The notes below the pieces were generated by a model. The model saw only the letters and a program-made list of their open reading frames with translations, made no database searches and was not told where the DNA came from. The position numbers were made by a program, and so were the translations under genes. DNA of 64,000 nucleotides, taken from NCBI GenBank assembly GCA_964016885.1, contig OZ024742.1, positions 193,626,001-193,690,000 on the forward strand. The letters run 5' to 3'. Source of the stretch: Eledone cirrhosa (lineage: Eukaryota). Shown piece after piece: positions 39,280 through 51,779 of this stretch (the stretch's first letter is position 1; each line of letters starts with the position of its first letter).

Positions 39280-41375
39280 TTACCGTACTTTTGGTAGAGG
39301 AGGGATGGTTTTACATCCCTTTTCACTTGATCGTCTGGTGAAGGGACCGTTGAATCGTCCCTTCGGCTGGTCGTCGGCTCTTCTAAGAGAATGTCTGAGT
39401 ATACTCTTCGATTGATGGTTCCTCCTAGGTCCCTGAAATCACCAACTGCGTTGGGGAATTTCGTTTTAATGTTTGTGTATTGTTTCTGTGCTATTTTTAG
39501 CAGTCTTATGTTAGTTGGCGTTTTGATTGGTGCTGGTATTATGTAGTCCTGTTGTGAAATGTCTGTGTGTTCAATTATGTAAGTCATTAGTTTCTTGTTG
39601 TGTGTATTTATTGCCGTGCATTTGTTTTTCTGGGTGTGGGGTGTGGTTCTGCTATTTTCTTGTCGTTGTTGCTGGGTGTGTGTGTTTTGTTGTTGTGTTT
39701 GCGATGTTGGTGCTTGTGGTGGTGGTGTTAAAGGTGTTGTTGGCGGTGGGGTTGTCGCCGGTGGTGATGGTGGTGCTAGTGTGGGTGATGATGGTGTTGG
39801 TGTTGTTGCTGCTGTGGGTCTCTTTGCAGTAGACTTTACCCTTTTCTCATTTCTTTCCTCCCTTTTCAAAGGCGACGATGCGCTGCTTCTGCGTTTGTGC
39901 CTTCTTACGACCTTTTGCCATCCCTCTCCCACCTCACACACCATGTCTGATTCTGTGAGGTCGGGGAGGGGTACCAGCTCCACTCTTTCACTTGTTGTTG
40001 TTGGTGATGTTTGCACTGGAGTCTCTGTTGCAGCTGCATTTGGTATTGCTGTTGTTGTTGTTAATATTTCCACTGCTGCTGCTGTTTTTGATTTCCGTGG
40101 AGTGGGTATGGGTGCCACGGACCTATCGTTCCTGGTTGCCGCTTGTCCTGTTGCTGGTAGCCGTGGAGCCGGATTCGGAAGGAGGGGGGTTTTCTCCTTT
40201 CTCAGGGTCTTCTCGCTGCAGAAGGCCCTGAGGTGAGTCTTCGATCCACAGCGAAAGCATTTCGGGCGTTTGCCCTCAACACTTATGGGCAGTTGAGTGC
40301 CGTTATCGAAGTCTATCACATCCGGGATAGCTTCGATGCACTCCTGGTTGGTTTGGATTAGCATCTCAATGGAGGAGCCGACCCAATCTTCTCTTACTTT
40401 TTTCTGTACTTGCAGTACAGTTGTTTTGTCCTCGATTCCGACGAGGACAGAGGCGGCCAGCCAAGAAGGGGTCATTCCGGGGGGGACGTGGGTCAGTTTG
40501 ACCCTCACAATTTTTTGCCCGCAGTAGGAGGGCACCAACACCATTTCCTCGCTCCTTAGGGTCACTACTGATTGGGCCTTTGCCTCCTGGGGTGTGGCAA
40601 AAAGTACGTCTACGGTGGCATATTTTTTGCCTCGGGTGATGTGCGTTTTCCGCTGCCACACAGACCCTAAGGCTTTTTGTATTTGGGTCTCTGTGGCTCT
40701 TTCCACCCTACGGGATTTTGTACTTACTGTACGGTACGTGACCGTACAGTGCTGTTGGGTTTCGAAAAATGTTTCCGCTGCCTTGCAGATTGCTCGGTGT
40801 CCATTCTTTGTCACCATCTTCTTCGCTTCCTCTAATTCCTCATTTGTTATGAGGATTGTTTCCAAGTTTTTCGCAATACCTGCAAATGAGATTGGTTTTT
40901 CTCTGCTGTTGTTGTTGTCGTCAGAGCTGCTGGTACTTTTGTTGTTGCTGCAGGTACTACGACTACTGCCTCCGCCGCTGTTGCTGTGGTTGTTGTTGGT
41001 GTTGCTGCTGCTAATGCTGTTGTTGTTTATGCTGCTGGTGATGCTGTTGCGGCTGCTACTGTTGTTTTCATTGTCACTGTTGCTGTTGTTATTACGGCTG
41101 CTACTGCTATTATTCCTGACGTCAGACGAATGAACTGGGTTTTCGTATTTCCCGCACACCTGTTTCGTCGCTGTCGTTGTCGTCGTGGAGAAACCTTGCA
41201 CGCTTTGCACGAGACTTTTCTTTTCTTTCGTCACTTGCGAAAGAGAAGGGAGGGAGAGAGACACATTTAAAGAAGGGAGGGAGAGAGACAATCTTCTCTC
41301 TGCTGTAGTGATGATTGAGGAAGAAGAAGACGGAATGAGTGGGAGTGACGTATGAAATTTCTTTTTCGTAGCCAT
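39280..41375 (-). CDS. E2 ORF1 (zinc knuckle); a 1-nt homopolymer loss near 39310 shifts the last codons
   Basis: MATKKKF start; CFRCGSKTHLRAFC; T4 here versus T5 in E1. Confidence 0.85.
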
Positions 41376-41606
41376 GTTGTTTTTTTGTTTAAAATGAAAT
41401 TTTGGGTACAAAACCCCAATAACTGGTTATTTAACCCCGAAGGGCCAAATAACGGACAGAAAGACCCCTCTCACGAGGAAGAGGGTGTCTTTATCAACAA
41501 TTTGGTTCAAGTTTTAAACAATTTACAATTGTTTTAACGGTTAAAATTTACTATACCTTACAGAGCCGAGTCTCCGTCAACCATGGCATTCAATAATAAT
41601 AATAAT

Positions 41607-44600
41607 GATTTCATTTATTAGCCACAAGGGCCGACATGTAGGGGACAATACAAAGACAGGGACAGTGGGGGTTTACAATAAGGTCGAGTAAAAGTGCACA
41701 ATGGCAAGACTAATTTAACAATGAAAATATAAAAATATAAAATAAACTATGCAAAATATAACAAAATAAACTCCCCGATAGGGGGTGGACGACCCTGGGG
41801 TGATTCGGGTACCCCACCAATCCTGAACCACCCTGCGCTTCTAGGGCACCCAGGAGAGCACCCCTCTCCTCAAGTTAGCCAGCCTATAGGCGCATGGTCA
41901 GAGTAGGCCCATTCACACGAGCCATTCTCGCCACATTCACCCACCTTTTAGCAAATGTACTGGGGGGCAGCACTTCTCTCTCCACCCTCACCCTCCTTTC
42001 CAGGTGAAACTTGAAGAAGTTGATGAGGGATTGGCCGAAGAGAAAAGTGTCTGTCTTTAGTCCTTTCAACCTGGTCCACCATATAATCTCTTTCGCAACT
42101 GCCACCAGACAGAGGAAAATGTCCTGCTCTTCCTGACCTAAGGAAGGTGGCGGCTCGATCTTCACTATGGACTCGGCCGATAACCGGATTCGTTCCACAC
42201 GCGACAGTAGCTGTTCGACATAACTCCACAAGTCAGTAATGCACGGACATTGGACAAGTGCGTGCAGAACGGTTTCGTCGTTCTGTGCGCATCTTGGGCA
42301 GGTCCGACTGACAGCACTTCCGTGCCTGTAGAGTTTATCCCGAACCGGCAGTGCCCCCCGGTAGCACTGCCAAGCGAGGGATTTCTGGAAATTGTCCATC
42401 GTCCCCGGCTCAAAAGTCCTCCGGTACAGACTGGTCAGTTCGACTTCGTCAAGGCCCAAAGCTTCTCTGAGTGCGTCATCGCACTTGCCCACCACTAATC
42501 CTCTATAGAACTCGAGAGTGGAAGTTCCACTGATCGCATTGCCAGCTTGGTAGAGGGCAGTGAGTGCCTGGCAACATTCCAGGTGCCAGTCACCCAGTCT
42601 CGGTCTCTTCTTGACCCAGGACTGCAGCTCAACACCAGTCAAAGAAATGAGCTGCGGAAAGGCACGTCTGATAAACGGCGACCACACCTGTTCACCATTG
42701 AGGCAGAATATCTGGAGATGTCGCAGCCTCAACGCATGTCTGCGCATCATTAGCCACGGCATGCCCAGCCCTCCGCGTAGAGGGTGCTGGCAGCAGATGG
42801 ACCGCCTCACCAACGGAACTTGTCCCCTCCACAAGAATTTGAAGAGGAGCCATTCCAACTTGACGAGGCGCGGACGGGGGCAAGGCACGATGGTTAGGCG
42901 GTAATAGATGACGGACGTGATGTACGCATTCGCCACCTCCGCGCGACCTTTCAGTGATAGCTTCCTCCCAGCCCATTTTTGGGTGAGACTGGCTACTCTG
43001 TTCGTTACCTCGTCCCAATTCTTTTCCAGCTGGAGGTCTGGTCCGAACCAAACCCCGAGCAACTTTACTGGTCCGTCCGTCCAGCGCCCCACGACGCTGT
43101 TGGACGGCATGGGCATGCCTCTCCAGGTTCCGAGCTGCAAGCCCACCGACTTTTCCGGGGTAAGTTTGGCTCCTGTCAACCTTTCATATTCCTTCAATAA
43201 GGTGCCGACCACCTCGATTTCTGAGGTGTTCGACACCATCACGGTGATGTCGTCCGCATAAGCCGACACCGCCTTTCCACGTCCCGGTTCGAGCGGGATG
43301 CCCTGCAACAGCTCCAGCTTCCGCAGTAAAGGCTCGAGAGTCAATACGTACAGAAGGGAAGAGAGAGGGAACCCTTGACGGACCAATCGGGAGAGCCGAA
43401 ATGGTTCCGAGAGATGGCCATTAACCTTGACCACCGAGCGTGTGCCGCTGTGCATTGCAACGATCCAACTTCTAAAGACAGGGCCGAAGCCAGCTGCTTT
43501 GAGGACAAACTCCAGATACCGATGGTCGACCCTATCGAATGCTTTCGATTGATCTAAATTGATCAGTCCCCCACCGAAGCCAGGTTTACACCCAACCCTC
43601 TCTATGATGTATCGCATGAGGTGGAGATTGTCGTGTATGGACCTGGCTGGGATTGCGCAAGTTTGCGCCTCCCCAACCAAATCCTCGACGACAAGCGCCA
43701 ATCTCTTTGCTAACACCTTGGCCAAAATCTTAAACTCTGTGTTGAGCAGAGTTATGGGCCTGAAGTTGTCTAATGTATGCCTCTTGTTCTCGTCTTTCCT
43801 TATCAGCGTCACCACTCCCCTGCTCACAGAACTGGGAATACTCCCATTCTGCTGCCAGTTACAGTAGAGTGCTTCGAGGAGTTCGGAGAACAAGTCCGGC
43901 ATATTTACGTAAAGCTCGTAGGGCAGGCCATCCAAACCGGGTGACTTGCGCCTCATGCAGCCGACAAGGGCGTCCTGAATTTCGGCTTTAGTAATCGGCC
44001 TTTCGCAGCGCTCAGCGTCCACCGTCGAGATGCGCGGCAAGCCGTCAAGGTAGGGACTGTAATCCGCTACTCTCTCTGACTCGCCACTCTCCCCGAACAA
44101 CCGAGCAAAGTGCTGGCGAAAGGCCTCACACATCCGCTTGGAATCGCTTATCTCGAGTCCGTCTCGGTCCGCCAAAGACCGAATTGTGGTTTTATTACCA
44201 CGCTGCGCCTCCGCCACGCGGGCCCATCGAACAGCTTTAGTTCCCTCGTTTCCCATCGCACGCGCCTTAGCTCTGACAATGCAACCTTCGTGTTTGGCAT
44301 TGAAGAAATGATCTAATGTTATTCTCGCCGCTAGCACGTCAGTTGCGATGCCACTACAAATAGCCTCGTCTAACTTATCTACCAGCTCCCCCTCCTTTCT
44401 ATTTTTCTCTAACGCTAGTTCTTTGCTGAACTCTATCGAAGTTACTCTAATCTCTCTTTTGAGAGCCCCCCACCATCTGTTGTTTGTTGATCCCCCCTGA
44501 CAATATTTGCTTAACTAACTTATTGACTCGGTCCCTGTAAGCCTTACGTGCCGGATTTCCTTCTTTGGGTTTTCCTTCATCTTCGCTGCTGGAAGACAAA

Positions 44601-45083
44601 GGGTCTGTGAGTGTCTCTGTGTCTGTGTGTGCGTTTATTTTTTTTTTTGTCTATGTATATAGTTGGGGGGGTAGGGGGAGTGGGAGAGCTTTCCTCGTTT
44701 TCTCCTTGGATTGGTTTTGGTGTTGGTGGTGATCCGGCTGCTTTTGATGTTGGTGTCCGTGTTTTTGTTGATGTTGTTTTTGGTGGTGGTGGTGGTGCAG
44801 CTTTCCGTGCTGACACTGGCGTTGGCAACAAAGGAGGTTTGCGACACCCTGCATTTTTGCGCTGAGGGCAGAAGGCTTGAAGATGCGTGGCTTCCCCGCA
44901 AACGAAGCAACGTGGCCTTCTTCCGTCAATCATTAGTTGGATTGTTGTCCCGTGCTGCAGGCGGGCAAAATCTGGGATGTTATTTATATCCTCCGGTTTC
45001 ATTTGGAGAAGAATCTCCAAATCCATTCCAGACCAGTCTTCTCTCTCTGTCCTTTTGATGTCCAGGAGGGTGGCGTCTGTCCC
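41607..45083 (-). mobile_element. Diverged Tx1/L1 subfamily copy E3: 5'-truncated and internally deleted
   Basis: ORF1 piece with CFVCGEATHLQAFC (44555-45083) joined directly to ORF2 at PARKAY (~44554); the endonuclease is missing. Confidence 0.88.
41884..44337 (-). CDS. E3 ORF2 remnant (RT and CCHC domains, 817 aa open)
   Basis: FRPITLLN, DQSKAFD, YADD, CPRC..HALVQC; clearly homologous to E1 ORF2 but diverged from it. Confidence 0.85.
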   Translation of the reverse strand: MLAARITLDHFFNAKHEGCIVRAKARAMGNEGTKAVRWARVAEAQRGNKTTIRSLADRDGLEISDSKRMCEAFRQHFARLFGESGESERVADYSPYLDGLPRISTVDAERCERPITKAEIQDALVGCMRRKSPGLDGLPYELYVNMPDLFSELLEALYCNWQQNGSIPSSVSRGVVTLIRKDENKRHTLDNFRPITLLNTEFKILAKVLAKRLALVVEDLVGEAQTCAIPARSIHDNLHLMRYIIERVGCKPGFGGGLINLDQSKAFDRVDHRYLEFVLKAAGFGPVFRSWIVAMHSGTRSVVKVNGHLSEPFRLSRLVRQGFPLSSLLYVLTLEPLLRKLELLQGIPLEPGRGKAVSAYADDITVMVSNTSEIEVVGTLLKEYERLTGAKLTPEKSVGLQLGTWRGMPMPSNSVVGRWTDGPVKLLGVWFGPDLQLEKNWDEVTNRVASLTQKWAGRKLSLKGRAEVANAYITSVIYYRLTIVPCPRPRLVKLEWLLFKFLWRGQVPLVRRSICCQHPLRGGLGMPWLMMRRHALRLRHLQIFCLNGEQVWSPFIRRAFPQLISLTGVELQSWVKKRPRLGDWHLECCQALTALYQAGNAISGTSTLEFYRGLVVGKCDDALREALGLDEVELTSLYRRTFEPGTMDNFQKSLAWQCYRGALPVRDKLYRHGSAVSRTCPRCAQNDETVLHALVQCPCITDLWSYVEQLLSRVERIRLSAESIVKIEPPPSLGQEEQDIFLCLVAVAKEIIWWTRLKGLKTDTFLFGQSLINFFKFHLERRVRVEREVLPPSTFAKRWVNVARMARVNGPTLTMRL

Positions 45084-45194
45084 AATAACAACAAAAATAA
45101 TAACGACAACAACAATAATAATATACATATACATATATATATATACACACACACGCACACACATAAGCATATCTACACACATACACACACACAC

Positions 45195-47330
45195 GATAGC
45201 AACTAACAGCGGTGTGATCGAATGTGGCTTTTTAGCCCAGCCAATGATCTAAAATGTCTTTAACAGAGTCGGCAACGAAAAGATTTACTGGGAATAGTCG
45301 GCTGTGGTTGGAGTTCGTGTACTTTTGCATGTCTCTTGAGCCCTCCTGCTGATTTACAATCTCAACCACATATTTGGCAAGCATGATGAGTAGCATCTCC
45401 AACAGCAGCCTGGTAGTCAACCACTGGTCTTACTTTATGATGCGAAGATGACTTTCGAGTCCAGCTTTGCTTAGGCAGAGTCTCGCACATATGCTGCATG
45501 TCAGCACCATAGGAGGACCCTCGCCGTCTGGAAGTGCAACAGCAATGCCCTTCCTCACATCCCGCTTTACTTTCTCGTATGCGATTCGAGATGCCTCAAA
45601 GGCAACTTTTCCCTCATATACAGTCTTTCTCCATTTATTACGATCAGCAGCAATATTCTCCCATGTATCAGCAGAGATGTTAGCGTCTTTGAGAGAGGCT
45701 TTCAAGGAATACTTATACCTCTTTTTTGGTTTATGTGGCGGTCGTTTTCCTTTAACCAACTCCCCATAAAAGAGTTGTTTTGGTATTCTAGAATCCTTCA
45801 TCCTGGCAAGGTGACCACTCGAACAGAGTCGTTGTTGAAGCACAAGAGCTTCTATACTGTCACACATAGAGCTTTCCAAAATATCGACATCACTGATGTG
45901 GTCCCGCCATGGATCCGTCTGAGACACAACTGATGGAAACGCTCCAATTGCTTAAGGTGGTGTCGATATGTGACCCAGGTCTCGCAGGCATAAAGAAGAC
46001 AAGAGAGCACACATGCCCTGTACACCTTTACCTTTGTCCTCCTGCATATGTCTCGCCGACCCCAGAGTCGCCTTTCTAGCTTTCTGAAAGCATCACTTGC
46101 TTTCCTAATCCTAATTGAGATTTCACTGTCAAGGTTGCTGTATCGATTGACAGTGCTTCCCAGGTAGACAAACTGATCAACCACTCAAAGTCGTTTGCCT
46201 TACACATAGATGTTTGGTTCAGGGGCAGGTTGGTACATGCTTACCAGGGGCAGGTTGGTACATGACGACAGTTTTCTTGAGACTGACAGTCAGACCTAGG
46301 GCAGTGCAAGCGTCAGAAAATGCATTCAAAATATGATTCATATCACTCTCTGTGTGCGCTACAAGATCGCAATCATCTGCATACAAGAGGTCTCTTATGA
46401 TTGATGTAAATATTTTTGTCTTCGCAGCAAAGCGCCTGATGTAAAATATGCTCCCTGAGGTTCGATATCGGATGTAAACACCATGCTCGCAATTCCTGAA
46501 TGCAATACAGAAAACCATTGCAAAGTATATGGCAAACAGGGTCGGTGCTGGAATATCCCCCTGATCACTCCATTTTTTACTGAGATAGGCTCCGACATGT
46601 TACCGCCGACATTAACCCAAGCCTTCATGTCGTCATGGAAAGACCTAACTAAAGCAAGGAACTTATCAGGGCAACCAAGGTTTTGGAGAACCTTCCATAA
46701 TGCATCTCTGTTAACAGTATCGAAAGCTTTTGTCAGATCGACAAAAACCTGATACAGATCGAAGCCTTGTTCCATGCACTTCTCCTGGAGCTGTCTAGCT
46801 GAGAAGATCATATCAGTAGTGCCGCGTCCAGCACGAAAACCAGATTGACTTTCAGGAAGAACACAATCTGCAATGTGTGTCAGCAGACGGTCCAGAAGCA
46901 CCCTACATAAAACTTTCCCTACGACAGAAAGCAATGATATACCTCTGTAGTTCCCACAATCGTTCCTGTTACCCTTTCCCTTGTACAAAACTACCATTAC
47001 TGCATCTCTCCAGTCCTCAGGTACGGATTCATTAGCCCATATCCTGCCAAACAAAGAGTGAAGATGTTGCAGGAGTCTCTCACCACCATATTGTAGGAGC
47101 TCAGCATGTATGCCATCCATACTTGGAGATCTTCCACTGTTCAGCTTAGAAATAGCCACTGCAACCTCCACAAGCGTCGAAGGTCCTGCGAGAGCTACTT
47201 TCACAGGACTTTCTGGAATGAGATTGAGGAAATCTTCACTGACGACAGACGGCTGATTCAAAAGATCATCAAAGTGCTCTCCCCACCTTCGTAGAATTCC
47301 CTGTGAGTCACGAAGAAGTTCTTTGCCATC
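45195..47330 (-). mobile_element. Decayed 5'-truncated RTE-clade LINE with three C-terminal C2H2 zinc fingers
   Basis: NYRGISLLS, FVDLTKAFD, LLYADD, RIPKQLFYGEL; fingers CSIC..SHLR-H, CQIC..RHAKVH, CRLC..SHIRSH; stop TAG at 45203-45205. Confidence 0.88.
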
Positions 47331-47625
47331 CTACATACATACATAGATACACACACACATATATACACACACAGGCCGGCGTTAGTGTTTGATGAGGTTG
47401 AGAACCCGGTCAGCTTTCAGCCAGAGTTGTGGTATTTAATCTCCCTAGGTAATAAAATCTGCAGACAACATTTTTCTCCTTACGAAAAAAAACACATAGA
47501 TCATATCAACATCCTTTCACATTCAAATATGAATGCATGTATATATACAAATGTATATATGCATATATATTTACATACGTAAACGTATATATGTATGTAG
47601 ATTTATATATATATATATATAAATC

Positions 47626-47668
<43 letters not shown>

Positions 47669-47669
47669 C

Positions 47670-47714
<45 letters not shown>

Positions 47715-47855
47715 CTACATATATATATATATAATATATATAAATCTACATATATATATATATAGAAAGATTTGAATGGATACAGTTTAGTTGAAAAGAA
47801 TTTATTGACACGTGTTTCTATAACAGTTACGTAACCTAAAACAGCTGCTATCTAG

Positions 47856-47907
<52 letters not shown>

Positions 47908-48835
47908 CTACATACATATATACAAATATAAATTAGCGAGAATCGCATTTCGGCTATTGGAAATTAGCGAAAAACAACTTCCGAATTGTGTGGCAAGGAC
48001 TCAATAGATACTATTATGTTATATCCAAATTAAACAATATAAAATATGTTCAATATAAAATATGTTCAATGATAATCAGGAGCATAGTTAAAATAATAAA
48101 TATATTCAATAAATATTTAGTTACAAAATTCAAAGTCTGAAATATTATTAAGTAACAAGTATGAGAGTATTTATCATAACTTAATTACATATCAGAATCT
48201 GTATATGCAATTTATTTAATGTTTAGAATTATACAAATTATAAACAATACTATTTAAATCAATAGTTGTGAATTATATATAGGATTAATTATTAGTTATA
48301 TTTACTCTTGAAAGTATTATTATTTCGATTCAACCAAATCGTATTGTATTCAATACTATAGGTGAAGTTAAATACAGATTATTAATCAATTTGGATGAGA
48401 CGAAAATTATACACGATAAATGTAAACATATGAGCTCCGTACAACATATCAAAAAACGTTTAAATTAAGTAAAAGATTTGAAAGCCTGAAGGTATTTCAG
48501 ATCTCAAATTAAGAAAATTCCAGACATAAAATGAGGATTTAAAACCCAACTAAAGGTATTTAGTCAATCAAGAGATTAACGTACTATATAAAAGAAACGA
48601 TATGCATTTCCTAAGTTGAGGTAAAACATTTTACATAATACTAATAAAAACAAGAATATTAATAAAAACAAGAATTATCAATTATTAATTATTAATAAAA
48701 GTCAATATATCATATTTAGTTTGTCACCCTTTTAGTTGTGGTATATAAATATTGAGTTTTGTTATAATAAATCACTCCCAAGACTGGAATTGAACCATCA
48801 GCACAGTTGAGGTATGTCATGCATCAATTTATGTA

Positions 48836-48897
48836 TTTTATCTGATGAGGACGTACTGAAAAAACAGCACAGTACCTCCGAAATATATATAATAAAA
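48836..48897 (+). ncRNA. Type I hammerhead ribozyme motif in a Penelope-like terminal repeat
   Basis: UUUUAU-CUGAUGA-GGA.GUACUG/CAGUAC.UCC-GAAA-UAUAUA-UA-AUAAAA. Confidence 0.7.
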
Positions 48898-49113
48898 CAT
48901 ATATTTAGATTATGTGAATGTATCCATTTATTAATATTTTGAATAATTAATAACTCCAGAAATCATCTTTGTTGAGTCCTTTTAATCTATTGTAAAACTA
49001 TATTCATTGAATAATCAATGAACCTTGTTTAACATTTGGTTATATATATGTGTGTGTGTGTGTAATATATATATATATATATTATGCACACACACACACA
49101 TACACACACACAT

Positions 49114-49185
<72 letters not shown>

Positions 49186-49344
49186 GATAACAAGTTATCG
49201 TTATAGGTAATCCAGTTAGAGGTTGTGAGCATCGTGGATAGTTTTAACGTACGGCTTTGTTTGACTCAAAAAGATATTTCCATAGTTAGGCACCGAGATT
49301 ACGGTAATTCCTATGTAGGTTATACTTGGAGTATTAATAGTGAA

Positions 49345-49897
49345 AGAATGAAGAGTAACATGGTTGGTTGTACAACAAGGGGCTTTATTTTTAGGTATTG
49401 ACAATTGTTTCATTCATCAGGTGAGTCTAGAGGTCGCTAATCGCTCGAAGTTACGTCACTCGATCCCCATTACATTATTTACCTCTGATCAACACATCAG
49501 AAAACGTAGATATCTGAACAACACATCAGAATACATATCTACGTTTTCTGATGTGTTGATCTGAACAACACATCAGAATACATATCTACGTTTTCTGATG
49601 TGTTGATCAGAGGTAAATAATTGTTTCTACTTTAGGCACAAGGCCAGCAATTACCCAGTGCATTACTGGTACTTTATTTTATCGACCCCGTAAGGATGAA
49701 AGGCAAAGTCAACCTCGGCGGGATTTGAACTCAGATCGTAAAGGGACATAACTATGCTGAGGTAAATAATGTAATGGGGATCGAGTGACGTAACTTCAAG
49801 CGATTAGCGACCTCTAGACTCATCTGATCAATCAAACAATTGTCAATACCTGAAATAAAGCCCCTTGTTGTACAGCCAACCATGTTACTGTTCATTC
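49345..49897. repeat. Long fold-back palindrome interrupted by a 5'-truncated SINE A (49622-49758) with a 12-bp TSD
   Basis: 49345-49510 mirrors 49580-49620 plus 49759-49897; TSD GAGGTAAATAAT at 49610-49621 and 49759-49770. Confidence 0.88.
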
Positions 49898-50080
49898 TTT
49901 CACTATACATATTCAGTATGTATATATGTCTGTGTGTGTCTTTGCGTTTGTGTTTGCCCTCCAACCAATGCTTGTTGGTTTGTTGACGTCCCCATAACTT
50001 ACCAAGGTGATGCTCCGGCATGGGCGTAGTCCAGAGACAGAAAACTAGTAAAATATATATGTGGGTGTGTGTGTGTAGAA

Positions 50081-50485
50081 GAGGGGTCTCAAACTCAGGG
50101 AGACAACAAGGCCATTACGTCCTGGAGGAGAGGCACAGTGGGCCAAACGTGGTGGTGGGTGAATATTTTCACCAGTTATAATCATTTAAACTATAGGGAC
50201 ATGGCATAGAATTTGGGGTTTAGGTTTCAGTCGATTACATCGATCCTAGTACACAACTGGTACTTAATTCATCGACTCCAAAAGGATGAAAGGAAAAGTT
50301 GAGATCGGTGGAATTTGAACTCAGAACGTAAAAACGGAAAAAGTACCGTTAAGCATTTCGCCAGATGTGCTAACGATTCCACCAGCTCACCGCCTTATTT
50401 TCACCAGTTATAATGCAATATGAAATATAGGTTCTACCACGGGCCACAGAAAAGTAGTTCGTGGGCCACATATTTGAGCCCCCTG
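50081..50485. mobile_element. hAT-like MITE with a nested SINE (50183-50395, 19-bp TSD)
   Basis: TIR-like ends GAGGGGTCTCAAA / TTTGAGCCCCCTG; TSD TATTTTCACCAGTTATAAT at 50164-50182 and 50396-50414. Confidence 0.65.
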
Positions 50486-50582
50486 TTGGGGATAGATAGA
50501 TAGATATATAGATAGATAGATGTGTACCAAGCATACACAAACACAATTCTTACTCTCTCTGTCTCTCCCTTTTTCTCTCTTC

Positions 50583-50635
<53 letters not shown>

Positions 50636-50644
50636 ATATATTAA

Positions 50645-50829
50645 TTGCTTCTATTTTAGGCACAAGGCCAGCAATTATCCAGTGCATTACTGGTACTTTA
50701 TTTTATCGACCCAGTAAGGATGAAAGGCAAAGTTAACCTCGGCGGGATCTGAACTCAGATCGTAAAGGGACGTAACTATGCTGGAAAGCATGGCGTCCGA
50801 CCCTCTACCGATACTGCCAACCCACCGCG
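50645..50829 (-). mobile_element. SINE family A copy
   Basis: Near-identical to 27506-27691. Confidence 0.88.
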
Positions 50830-50943
50830 GAAACTATATTTATAAAACCATATTTATTTTATTATACATACTTCCTGGAAGCTCCAACCGTTAAGGTTGT
50901 CTATTTTCCGGGTATGTCAATATTTATTTATGAAACAAATCTG

Positions 50944-51009
50944 TATTTTATCTGATGAAAGCGCACCATAATTTACCTTGGTTGCCCTTGAAATATGTAT
51001 AATAAAATA
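50944..51009 (+). ncRNA. Hammerhead ribozyme motif (same family as 14333)
   Basis: UAUUUUAU-CUGAUGA-AAG.GCA.CCA/UGG.UGC.CUU-GAAA-UAUGUA-UA-AUAAAAUA. Confidence 0.6.
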
Positions 51010-51138
51010 AATATGGTTTTATAAATATAGTTTCCATTTATTAATATATTATGTATTTACTCCACTAAACTGTTGAGTGATTTATATCAGTTATAAAAAT
51101 GTTTAAGCTTTTTGACTCCCACCAAATTAAATATAACC

Positions 51139-51190
<52 letters not shown>

Positions 51191-51779
51191 GCGTTGGTAT
51201 TTGGCGTTGTTGAAAAGAGCAGTGGCCTTTGATCTGGCAATAAAAAACTGGAGTCAAAATTCTTTCTGTACTAAAACCGAGGCACACACGCAAACACAAG
51301 TGTGTGTGTGCGTGTATGTATATGTGCGTGTGTGTGTATGTGTGTGTGTGTGTGTGTGTATCTGTGTCTGTGTGTGTGTGTATATATCTATGTATATATA
51401 AGGGATACAAATACTGCTTTCTCACTGTCACCAAGCTTCTCAATTCATACGTTGATACTAAGTATTTTATTTTGCTACGAGGTATTTTATTTTGCAAGGT
51501 ACTATTTTTCTCTTGAGTTTGTGATTTCAGAGAAAGGTAAGAAATTCTTCCTAGTTTTCATCTTTTCTATTTTGACTTTACAGTTTGAATAGTAGAATTA
51601 TTTATCCAATCAAAATATTACAACTAACAGTGAATTATAGAATTAAAAAAAAGCTTTTTCGACCGAGAACATTCACGTCTATTTTTCAAAAATATATAAT
51701 GTGAAATAGTTTGCTTTTGTTTTGGACTGAAACTTTTTTTGTATTTAATTCGTACGGGTATTTTTTAAGATTTAACATA

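Larger units (their letters stand above)
35577..41591 (-). mobile_element. Full-length Tx1/L1-clade LINE, copy E2
   Basis: Near-identical to E1, with the same 5' and 3' termini. Confidence 0.92.

Noticed and set aside
38970-41411. 813-aa extended ORF1 overlapping ORF2 in E2, or programmed frameshifting
   Set aside because: Caused by a 1-nt loss in a T-run relative to E1; best explained by mutation or sequencing error.
44545-44565. E3 ORF1-to-ORF2 junction as a splicing product
   Set aside because: ORF2 homology extends through CCG-GCA (Pro-Ala) with no evident acceptor boundary; a deletion or template jump is simpler.
29612-45252. Plus-strand ORFs overlapping the LINEs
   Set aside because: Antisense shadows of GC-rich, low-complexity ORF1/ORF2; duplicated only because the elements are.
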